Assembly: GCA_951406725.2 (NCBI GenBank)
Contig: OX597815.1
Span: 65,534,001 to 65,598,000, forward strand
Source of the DNA: Octopus vulgaris
Lineage: Eukaryota
DNA: 64,000 nucleotides
Direction: 5' to 3'
The position numbers and the translations under genes were made by a program. Below, piece after piece: positions 52,464 to 64,000 of this stretch. The notes under the pieces were generated by a model. It ran no database searches. It saw only the letters and a program-made list of their open reading frames with translations, and was not told the DNA's origin. Each line of letters begins with the position of its first letter. Position 1 is the first letter of the stretch.

Positions 52464-53132
52464 TGAACGCAGAGCGTGAAGGCGGACGAAATGCCGCTAA
52501 GCATTTTGTCCGGCGTGCTAACGATTCTGCCAGCTCGTCGCCTTCATAATAATAATAAGAAACTTTTAAATTTTGGCACAAGACCGGCAGTTTCAGGAGT
52601 GAGGGTGTTAGTTAACTTCATCGACCCCGAAAGGAGGAAAGACAAATTTTTGACCTCGGCAGGGTTTGAACTCCGAACGTAAAGTGCCAGATGAAATGCT
52701 GCAAAGCAATTTGTCCGATGCGTTAACGTTTCTGTCAAACTCTAGGCACAAGGCCTGAAACTTTGGGAGAGGAGGCCAAACGATTAGATCGACCCTAAAA
52801 CGCAACTGCTACTTAATTTATCGACCCCGAAAGGATGAAAGGCAAAGTCGACCTCGGCGGAATTTGAACTCAGAACGTAGCGGCAGACGAAATACCTATT
52901 TCTATTTCTTTACTACCCACAAGGGGCTAAACACAGAGAGGACAAACAAGGACAGACAAACGGATTAAGTCGATTACATCGACCCCAGTGCGTAACTGGT
53001 ACTTAATTTATCGACCCCGAAAGGATGAAAGGCAAAGTCGACCTCGGCGGAATTTGAACTCAGAACGTAACGGCAGACGAAATACGGTTACGCATTTCGC
53101 CTGGCGTGCTAACGTTTCTGCCAGCTCGCCGC
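52464..53132 (-). mobile_element. Head-to-tail cluster of four SINE family A copies; 52897-53132 is near pristine
   Basis: Repeated ATCGACCCCGAAAGGATGAAAGGCAAAGTCGACCTCGGCGGAATTTGAACTC with CpGs intact. Other A copies at about 18300, 29311, 30245, 37065, 45008, 46285, 46500, 49790, 50302, 53552 and 57590. Confidence 0.9.
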
Positions 53133-53175
53133 TTTCAGAAACTAAATATATTGGACATCAATTTGTAATCTGAAG

Positions 53176-53235
<60 letters not shown>

Positions 53236-54574
53236 CGTGTGTGTGTCTGTATATAGAATAAAGTTCATGTTCACTTAAACGAAAGAAAGAAAAACATATA
53301 TGGAACACACACACACACACACACACACACATAGTTTCGTGTATTGGTCCTTATAAACTGTCAGTGCACGAAAGTCTCGGCCCTTGAGTCATCACTGATA
53401 TGAAAAGATGTATAAGCGTTGATAGATATGTAGGCAATAATGAAAGACATCTCAGCATTAATATTTCATATAGACATTAACACGAATGATGTACAGGCAC
53501 TATATATAGTAAAGCTATCACCAGGAAAAAGAAAAGAAAGTATATAAGGACAATATTGTTTTCAAATTTTGGGACAGCAATTTCGTGGGGAAACGTAAGT
53601 CAACTAGATCAACCCAAGTACTCCACTGGAACTTATTTTATCGACCATGGAAGAATGAAAGACAAAATCAACCGCGGAGGAATTTGAACTCAGAAACGTT
53701 AAAATGGACAAAATGCCGCTAAGCGTTTTGCCTGGAATGCTAAAAATTGTGCCACCTCGCCACTTTGGGACCAATAGTAGAAAGCTATATAAGCTATATT
53801 AATTATATAGGTACTAATATTAAGCACTGCTGTGTAATTAAGAAGCTCGCTTTGCAGCTACGTGGTTTCGGGTTCAGTTCCACCGCTTGACACTTCTTCT
53901 ATAACCTCGTGCCGACCAATGCTTTGTGAATGGCTTTGGTAGACGGAAACTATGCGGAAGCCCGCCCCCTCTCTCTCTTTCTCTCTCTGTGAGGGTGCAT
54001 AGCTCAGTAGTTAGTGTTGAGCTTACAATCTTGAGGTTGTGAGTTCGTTTTGGGGACCGGGTGGTGTGTTTTGTTCTTGAGCAAGACATTTCATTTCACG
54101 CTGTTCCAGTTCACTCGGCTGTAGGAAATGAGTTGCAATGTCACTGGTGCCAAGCTGTACCAGCTTTTGCTTTTCGCTTGGATAACATCGGTGGCGTGAA
54201 GGAAAACTGGCATGCATGGACAACTACTGGTCTATCACAAACAACCTTGCCAGGACTTGTGCCCCGGAGAGGAACGTTTCAAGGTGGTGCAATCATATGG
54301 TCATTCGTGAACGAAGTGTAGTTTTATCATTTATAATATATGTCTGTACATTCCACCACTTGACAGCCAGTGTTGGTTTCTTCACGTCCCCATAGCTTGA
54401 CGGTTTCAGCAAACAGGAACGATAGGAAAAAAAAAACACTTTATAAAAAAGCACTGGAGTCGTTTTCAGTGCAACAGCATGGCCGCAGTTCAATGACTTA
54501 ATAAAAAATAAAGGATTTGGTTTGCTATCTAAGTCCATTACCCGCTCCATATGACTAAGTGTAAATACATACAT

Positions 54575-54623
<49 letters not shown>

Positions 54624-54639
54624 TACATACATACATACA

Positions 54640-54675
<36 letters not shown>

Positions 54676-55227
54676 TATAAGTGTATGTGTGTGTGTATAA
54701 CTGAATATCGGTTATTATCGATGACCTTTGCTAACATGTCACTGGGTACCCGTTTTAATAAAGGTGTGTATAAATATAGAGTAGCTATAAATATAAACAA
54801 GGTGTATATGAATATATAGTGGTTATTAATATACAATGAGGGTGTATAAGTATATATTAGCTGTTTATACTTAATATATAATGCTGTAACTAACCTACCG
54901 CACAAACTCTTTTTGGTGACAACAACCTCCATCATCACTATACTTGTCTATTTGTATGTATGTATGTATGTATGTATGTATGTATGTATGTATGTATGTG
55001 TGTATGTGTGTATGTGTGTATGTATGTATGTATGTACGTACATATATGCATGTAGATATGGTGCGTATGTATATATAGGTGCGCAGGTGTGGCTGTGTGG
55101 TAAGAAGCGTGCTCCCTAAACACATGGTTCGAGGTTCAGACCCACTGCGTAGCACATTTGGCAAGTGTCTTGGGCCGATCAAAACTTTGTGAGTGGATTT
55201 GGTAGACGAAACTGAAAGAAGCCCGTC

Positions 55228-55312
<85 letters not shown>

Positions 55313-56484
55313 TTTGTGTCTGTATCCCCACCATCGCTTGACAACAGGTGCTGGTGTGTTTACGTCCCCGTAGGTTAGGGGTTCGGCAAATGCGACCGAT
55401 AGAATAAGTACCAGGCTTTAAAAAAATAAGTACTGACTAAAAATTCTTCAAGGCAGTGCTTCAACATGGCCGCAGTCTAATGATTGAAACAAGTAAAAGA
55501 TAGAAATTAAAAGATGGTACGTACGTATGTATGCATGCATACATGCATGCTTGTATGCATCTGTCAGTCTGTTTATGTATCTAAATCTATAACGCTATGT
55601 ACCTGGTCCACAAAACACACACACACACCTGTCTTCATCCGCCCAGCTTTTTTTTTTTTATCCCAGGTCTTGACATTAGTTTTGTAACAGGAGCCGCCCT
55701 CACCTCAACCTCCAGTACTCTCAATCCACCCCATCACCACCACCGCCATACCGTCGCTGTCGAAGTCCAAAAGACAAAACTATTATGAAGGCGGCGGCGA
55801 TTGTAGCGAGGATATACTTTTTATTTCTATTTTTCATCTTTTCTTTTCTTTTTTTTTTGTACGGGAGCGTTGTGACGGACAACGACAGCGATAGAAATGA
55901 GGGATCTTTTCCTTTTGATGGGCTGTGCAAGGTGATAGTAAATTAAAGATAGTAAAAGCTGGATAATTAATGAAAATGAAGACTTTGGAGATGGTGGTGG
56001 AAATGGTGATTGAAGAAGCGTTTGTTGTAGTGATTATGATGATGATGATGATATTTACAGCAAACGTTATTATAATAGTGCCACTGTTTACGTGGTGGTT
56101 GCAGTGGTAGTAGTGGTGATGGTGGTGTTTTTATTTTCAGAACTAAGCCAGCGTGATCAGCACGGTGTGCCGGCTTTTATTCGTCCGTTCCCGGCATTGC
56201 TTTCTGCTTTCTCTCCATCATGCCATATCTTCAACCAAAAGCAATCTGCCCTCATTTTCTTTCCCTTCACAACTATCTCTCTCTCTCTCTTTCTCTATCT
56301 CCTCTCTCTCTAATTCTTTCTTTCCGGCCTTTAATAAAGATAAGGGGGAGGGGTCAGGTGATTTCCTTGGGACATTTGAAATAATGAATTTATAATTGTA
56401 AAAGTTTTACGAAGAAAAGAAAACAATAAAAACGAGAAACTTCATTTGAATGCGATTGCATATACAATATGTGCGCGGGTATAT

Positions 56485-56563
<79 letters not shown>

Positions 56564-57302
56564 ACAGAGTAACGTTGTTAAATATGTTACACCAGGTGTA
56601 TTGTGAAAACTAAGTTTGATAACTTCCAAGAAACACATACACACATAAACATACAAATCCATATATGCATACATACTCTTGCATACAAGCATGCATACAA
56701 ACATGCATAAACAATGCATGCATATAAGCATGCATACAAGCATATACACATACATGCATAATGCATACAGACAGCATATACATACGTTGACAATGCAAAC
56801 GCATTCATATAAAATACTTGACTGTATTTATCGATATATTCTTTGTCTATTTATATATTACTCTTTCTCCCTTTCTCTATATAGTTATATACACGCAACT
56901 GTATATATAATTATATGTACACGTACACGGGACCGTTCAAAGATTACAGTAGACACAAATAACTAGGTATGAAGTATAGATCCTATTTAAGCTGCTCGTT
57001 TTTAGCTATCAGCCGTAAAAAAAAATATTTACTCATGGCTTACCGGTATACCTTTAATGTTACCCATGGATTAACGGATATATCTATGGATAAACGGGTA
57101 TACCCGTGTACATATGATGTACATGTATACTTAGAAATAGCAAAAGGCAAACATAAAGAGACAGAACGATTAATAAAAGTAGTACATTTCTTTTTTCCAA
57201 AGGGTCTTTATATTAAGGGAGAAACGGGCACCGTTAAAATCATAGATATATGTGAATTGTCACACCTGGCCCTCCTCTACGCTATATTTGCAATATATAC
57301 AA

Positions 57303-57367
<65 letters not shown>

Positions 57368-57767
57368 AAATTGTATTGTATTAAACTTCTGCGCCACCAA
57401 CTTTTTATATATATATAAAGAACCTATTTTTTGGAATTGATAGCATTTTGCAATAACAATAGCAAAACTAATGATTGTATCTCACATATACAGCGACAGA
57501 TGTAGGTCATAAATGCAAATATTTGAATGCGTGTATGTACGTGTGTATACACATACGTATATATACATATATACTATTCATTATGCAAATATATTGGTTT
57601 CCGGGGGGTTAAGTCGATTACACTGACCCCGAAAGGAATGAAAGGCAAAGTCGATTCCAGCGTCATTTGAACTCAGAACATAAAGACGGACGGAATACCA
57701 ATGCCGCTAAGCATTTTGCCCGACACATTAACGATTCTGTAAGGTCGCCGCCTTAATATAAGTCTCA

Positions 57768-57812
<45 letters not shown>

Positions 57813-57829
57813 CATATATACATACATAC

Positions 57830-57860
<31 letters not shown>

Positions 57861-58020
57861 CATATATATGTATGTATATATGTATGTATGTATGTGTGTG
57901 TGTATCTGTATGTATACATACATACACACACATATATATATACATATATGCATGTATATATATAAGCATGTATATATATGCATGTATATATATGTATATA
58001 TATATGCACATGTATATACA

Positions 58021-58071
<51 letters not shown>

Positions 58072-58301
58072 ACCAACAAATATATGCATATATTTATATA
58101 TATATGTATATATACATGTATATATATATAAATATGTAAATATGTATAATATATATACATATACACACACAAATAATTAAGTACACATACACATTTTACA
58201 GACATGTACACACGTTATATGCTCCAATACATTATATATATAAATTTGTGTGTGTGTATATATATATATTATACACATACACACATATAATGTGCATATA
58301 T

Positions 58302-58343
<42 letters not shown>

Positions 58344-59233
58344 AAATAGAGAGACAGAAAGCTAGAAAATTTATAGTTTCGAAATGTCAAAACTTTTTAC
58401 AGTTGCATATATGAGTATATAGTAAAATTATATATCCATGTATACACATACATAAATACACGTATATGTGTGTATGTGCGTGTATGTATGTGCATGCATT
58501 GCATGTATGCATGTAAGTATGTATGTATATATGTATGTATATATATATGTATATATGTATGTATGCCTGTATGTATAGTTCGATACACAGGGATTAATTC
58601 AACTTTCCATTCTCAACTGGGATTTAACAATATAAATACCAGTGCTATGTAAGGGTCGACTTCCAGCAACTTTTGTACTTCTGTGTACATTTAACACTGT
58701 CGGCTTTTTTAGACAAGAAAAGAAAATGCTGTAAAATAAGAGGTAAGCTGTCAGCTTGCTAAATCCGCAAGGAGGTTTCAGTTCCATGTTGCAGCCAATT
58801 GCTTTCATATACACAACAAATACCCTTAAAGGAAGATTGAAGAAACCCCTTCCCTTGTAAATGTATAGCTTTGTACCTAAATTTATATAAAAATGATAAT
58901 AGAAATATATTATTTTTTTTTTCCTGTCGAGTCAAACCCAATTTTACTTTATATACGCGTTGCACATTACACCAACCTAAACTGATCCTCTGTTTTTTTG
59001 TTTTTTTTACTCCAAATCTACATGCATTTTGCAGCTTGCAACATTAAGGGCAAGCTTCATGCTTTCGAATAGAGACAGATATAATATCACAACATTGTAA
59101 TATTATCCGAGATTACTATGTAGGAAAAAGGATTAAACAAACCCAAATCCAAACCCTGAATCGATCCCCACAAACTTGCATGTATTATATATTAAAGATT
59201 TTTTTTCTTTCTTCAATAGATCTTATATACAAG

Positions 59234-59309
<76 letters not shown>

Positions 59310-59358
59310 ATACATATATGTGCTTTTATGTATGTATTATATGGTATGCTCTCCTCAC

Positions 59359-59488
59359 CGGGGTGAAGTGCTCCTTGTCGCGTTGTTGTAGTAGTAGCAG
59401 TAGTAGCGGTAGTTGTAGAAGAACCGTGAATATCCGTCTTTGCGTCTTCTGAACAGAAAGAATCGTAGAACTGCCAGAAAGGCTTCAT
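59359..59488 (-). CDS. Candidate first coding (or uORF-bearing) exon of a minus-strand gene
   Basis: ATG at 59488, MKPFWQFYDSFCSEDAKTDIHGSSTTTATTATTTTTRQGALHP, then donor CCG|GTGAGG (phase 1). Complex CpG-rich island among simple repeats. No homolog recognised. Confidence 0.4.
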
Positions 59489-59954
59489 AGCAACATCAGC
59501 CAAACTCCACAACTGGCCCAGCGTGCAAAATAAATCGTGCACATGCCCTCTGCTGCCTGCCTGTCTGCCTGCCTGCCTTACTCACACACTCATCCTCTCA
59601 TTATTTCTCCTCCTTCCTTTCTCTCTCATACTCTAAACACACACACAGCCACATGCGCGCGCGCATACACATATACACTTACATGTATCTTTTCATCTAT
59701 TAGGATTTCTTCTTCTTTATCTCTACCTTATAACATGTCTGTATCTAAATACGACACCCTCTCGTTATATTTTCTTTCCTTTTTCAACTTATCTCAACCC
59801 GCTCCTCTTGTTTATTTGTATCTCCCACTTCCATTCCATCCTAATTCTATACTCTCCCACCACTACTCCTCTTGTTCCTGTTACCACCACTACTATAATT
59901 ACTACCACTACCCCCTCACGCTCTTTCACGTACTTATGTTTTTCCTTTTATCTT

Positions 59955-59997
<43 letters not shown>

Positions 59998-60468
59998 GTC
60001 TATCTATCTATTTATTTATCGCTCTCTCCGTCTCTCTCTCTGTCTATATATATATATCTTTATTTAACCCCCTCTATCTGTTCACTTCTTTCTGTTCCCC
60101 CTCGTCCTCTTCCTCCTACTCTGACCTACAATTCAAATGTACTTTTTTAACTTCTACTTCTCCTCCGACCCTCTTTCATTACAATCATATTCCTCACTCT
60201 ATTATCTCCCTCATTCTTTCTTTCGTTCTCCTTAACTTCCTCTTTGTCTTTTGTCTGTCATTCTCCTTCACGTCTCTCTCCGTCTTTCTTTTTATTTCCC
60301 TCTCTCCTTCACACAGTCTCTCTCTTTCTCTCTTGTCTTTCTGTCTCTGTCGAGCCATTCCTCTCAAATGTTCTATCTTCCCTTAAACTACTACTACTAC
60401 TACTACTGCTGCTACTACTGCTGCTGCTGCTGCTGCTGCTACAGCTGCTGTTGCTACACTTGTTCTCC

Positions 60469-60549
<81 letters not shown>

Positions 60550-60769
60550 ATTCAGCTGTTTTAGTTACTCTCTTACTATCATTCTGTCCCTCTCAGCGAC
60601 AAACTAAGAGAGTAAACAAGTTCTGACAACTTACTCCCCACTCTTTACTCTCTTTACTCTCTTTCTCTCCTCTACCCCTCCCTCCAATTTTCGTAAACAC
60701 CCAACATCATTCTCTCCCCTCGCTCCACTTCATTTATACACATACATAGCTTTCTCCTCCCCTTCACTG

Positions 60770-60873
60770 CCTCTCTTTGTTGACTTATTTCACAGTGATA
60801 ACAGCCGATCACTCGGCATAAACCAAGTGTGTGCGCGCGCGCGCGCGCGTGTGTGTGCGCGCGCGCATGTGTG
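60770..60873 (-). promoter_or_regulatory. Candidate promoter region with a (CG)n/(TG)n Z-DNA-prone tract
   Basis: GTGTGTGCGCGCGCGCGCGCGCGTGTGTGTGCGCGCGCGC at 60827-60866, upstream (minus sense) of a purine-rich leader and the candidate exon. Confidence 0.3.
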
Positions 60874-60992
60874 AGTGAGTATAGCAGATACATATGTGCG
60901 TGTATACATGTAGTATATACATGTGTGTGTGTGTGTGTGTGTTACATAGTAATGTGAGCAGCATTGAAATGTCTAGCGACAACACACACCCG

Positions 60993-61039
<47 letters not shown>

Positions 61040-61893
61040 CTCAAACCTATGACGGTTTGCAGACGTTTTTCATACACTTACTATGCTGTCACTCGAATTT
61101 GTTTTCCTTTTATTATATTTATTTAAATATTTTTACTCGTTTCAGGCATTGGACCGCGATCATGTTGGGGTACCGCCTTGAAAAGTTATTTTTCCTTCAG
61201 TCAATCGAATCGAATTGACTAAACTCTTCAAATAACTTAACTCCGCTAAGCTATTCTATCGGCTTCTTTTTTATGCCTGAACCGCTGAAGTGATAAGGAT
61301 GTAAACAAACCAACACCGGTTGTAAACCGGTGAGAGAATCTCGGAGAGACGGAATTGCGCGCACCTATTCACACAGATCCACATATACACACATATACAT
61401 ATGTAGGTATACACATAGGCCTGTCGCCAGACTTTGGTACTTGGGGGTGCTTCAAAACATTCTGGGTGGACACAAATTCGTAATAAATCTAAGGTGGAGT
61501 CTGTAAACTGTTTTGACAATTTCGTCAATTTTTATGTTTAAAAGATCGATTACCAACCGGTAAAAAAATCTTTCAACATTTCTATGTTTTTAAGCCCTTC
61601 CCCCTGCCTCCTCCCCATACGCAACTGGCCATAACTTTTACATTTTGGACCTTTTACGAACATTCTTTCAGAATTATTTTAAACATTGGAGATGTTGATT
61701 ACGCAAAAATGCTTTCCATTTTTGCCTCCCCAACTCTCCTATTTCGAAAGATACATCAAACTATAACTTGTTAAGATGTGCAGCTCAAGGTTTTAAGGTT
61801 ATGCTTTAGGATTATGGTATAGGTTTAAAGTTAAGCTTAGGATAAATGAAGGAGCTGTGTACTTCTTTTACAGTAACATAATCTTACCTGTTT

Positions 61894-62550
61894 TATGAGA
61901 GCCGACTGAAAAGTTCATAGGCTAAGAACCTCTCGTGGTTTGTATCCAAATGGGGTTTATTTTTCAATATAGTCCTCCTTGTGGTCCACACATTTCTTTC
62001 ATTGGTGAAGAAGATTTCATCTTGTTCAAAAAAGACAACAACAGCAGATGTGACTTCCCACAGTGTTTTTTTCATGTTGGGGAACAGATGATAGTCAGAT
62101 GGGGTAAAATTAGGAGAATAGGAAGGGTGATCAACCAGTTCAAAGCTAGTCATGCACAGCAGCCATTGAAACCAAGGACTTGTGTGTTGGAGTATTGTTC
62201 TGATGAAACAAGACCCCGCTTCATCAATTTTCCTGGGTGTTTGGTCGTAATAGCCTTTCGTAACAGCCTCAGCAAGTTGGTATAGTACTTCTCATTGATG
62301 GTGTGGCCCTTTTGAAGATAGTCAATGAGCACAATGCCTTTTACCCCCCCCCCCCCAAAAAAAAAAAAACGAAGGCTATTACCTTCCCTGCAGATAAAAT
62401 GACCTTGGCCTTCTTTGGAGCAAAACGAAGAGGAGTGTTTCCATTGCATGGATTGTCTCTTTGTCTCTAGTTCAATGTGATTAAGCCAACACTCATCATA
62501 GTTCAGGCAATCTTCAAGGAAACCAGCCTCTAGCAATGTCAGACTTTCCT
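61894..62550 (-). pseudogene. mariner (DD34D-type) transposase relic with one TIR remnant
   Basis: DECW..ETKRQSMQW, GIVLIDYLQKGHTIN..YY, HPSYSPNFTPSDYHLFPNMK; frameshifted. Confidence 0.92.
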
Positions 62551-62555
62551 GTGAC

Positions 62556-62593
<38 letters not shown>

Positions 62594-62604
62594 CTATCCA
62601 TGAT

Positions 62605-63850
62605 TGCAAGTAGTAACAAGTTTGCACCTGCGTTGATATATCATAGAACAGCGATAGGATGTAAGTATATATGTAGAGAAAGATGACTCGCAAGAAGCAT
62701 TGCTTGCAGCAAACGTGAGAGATGCAGCATATAATTTGGAGATGTCTGGAAAAGCAGCCTAAAATGAATATAGTGAAGAACAGATACCTGACGGCTTCTT
62801 AGAAATATTATTTTCTAAAATATAACGTTTAGCAACGCATAGTTCGTTGTAACATGAACTGTTCAAATAGTTTATGCTCATGAGTTGATAAATAAGAGAT
62901 AATCTTGAAACTTCTGAGAATGCTTCTGATTCAAGAGACAAAGCTTCTCCAGCTGCCAATATTTTCGTGTTGCGTTCATTAAAGCGACTTTGAAATTCTT
63001 CAGTACAGTTATCAAAACGCAGTTGTAAATACGATTAAAAAGTAGATATTTGTTATCAGAATCTTCATGACCCAGCGTTGAAATTATTACAGATGATTGT
63101 GTAATATTCTCTAGAATTCTATGAGTGCATTGAGGAATAGAACATTCGTCTTCTACATTAAATGTCCTAGCCCGAGAGAAGATGCTCTGAAATTTTCCCT
63201 TATCTATTCTAATTTCTTTCAAAATATTCAGTACAGTATTTATAAAAGTACTCCTTCAGATAAATCTCAGTAGTGGCGTTGTAACAATTTATTTGGTGCA
63301 TCAAGAACTTTCAGAATATCTACAAGAAGAATGGCAATGAAAATGAATTTGAGGCTAGTAATCTGTTTCAAAATACCTTTTGACTCAGTTCTGATGTCCA
63401 TGTCAGAATTGTTGCGTTTTGCACCGCTAAGCACTTGCGCTGTGCCCATGATCGGTACGTATAGCGTTAACAGTTGCTAAATGCTCTGACCAATGTTATT
63501 CCAATAAGCGCTTCAAATGTGTACCTTTGTTTGCAGTAAACAACTTTGGTTTACGCAGAAAGTGTTAAAGAGCTTTTTGACAAAGCATTATGCCAGTTAG
63601 TATATCCTTCAACTTTAAAACTATTGCCAACATTCTGGGATGTACAAAAATGCCAATTGCAGAAAGCAGCCTTAGACTGAACTAAGAATTCTGACCCTGG
63701 TCTGCCATTAAACCATGAAGCACAGAAGTCTCATTTTCTTACCGTATTGTTTAGAATGGTACACTGATAATTTTGGCTGGCATGACACCGTATCTAATCC
63801 AGATAAATCGTTTGGAAAACATACCAAGTTCTGTTTTGCATAACGAAGAA
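62605..63850 (-). pseudogene. hAT-superfamily transposase relic
   Basis: C-terminal dimerisation motif AFPDISKLYAASLTFAASNASCESSFST near 62675-62760; upstream ESKGILKQITSLKFIFIAILLVDILKVLDAPNKLLQ is typical of the hAT helical region; many stops. Confidence 0.8.
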
Positions 63851-64000
63851 ATAGAAAGATGGTGTAATGTTGCAGATTCAATTAACTATGGTTGATCTGA
63901 AATGTAAGAAATCTCGGTCTCATCATTTTTGCAAGTTTTGGAGATTTTAGAATTTCCGACCAAAAGCATTGACAAGATAGATGTTCGTCGTTTCATTACT

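Noticed and set aside
53361-53398. TCAGTGATGACTC...GAGAC...CACTGA (minus strand) hammerhead-like hairpin
   Set aside because: Core is missing several invariant bases; too degenerate to call.
61785-61842. Degenerate TTAGGG-like run (interstitial telomere)
   Set aside because: Too short and divergent; likely internal to an old repeat.

Overview
AT-rich, microsatellite-saturated eukaryotic DNA. Its SINE/LINE content resembles a coleoid cephalopod (Octopus-like) genome; this is an inference from repeat recognition, not a search. Nearly all ORFs in the track are translations of (TA)n/(CA)n/(TAA)n repeats. One clear cellular gene is present: a single-coding-exon, minus-strand rhodopsin-class GPCR (13548-14507) that has lost the D2.50, DRY and NPxxY motifs. 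A candidate first exon and promoter of a minus-strand gene lies at about 59.36-60.87 kb. Mobile DNA includes an L1/Tx1-like LINE (ORF1 running off the left edge, plus a 3' end), Dong/R4-type fragments in (TAA)n, a young RTE LINE with a PHD-type finger inside its RT, an internally deleted Tigger with an intact fused ORF, mariner and hAT relics, MITEs and three tRNA-derived SINE families. Signals not in the ORF track: (1) four type-I hammerhead ribozyme motifs beside (TA)n tracts, probably Penelope-like/retrozyme remnants; (2) a switch from CpG-depleted to CpG-retaining DNA at a GC-rich block near 42.2 kb; (3) SINEs whose 3' tails match different LINEs in the same window.
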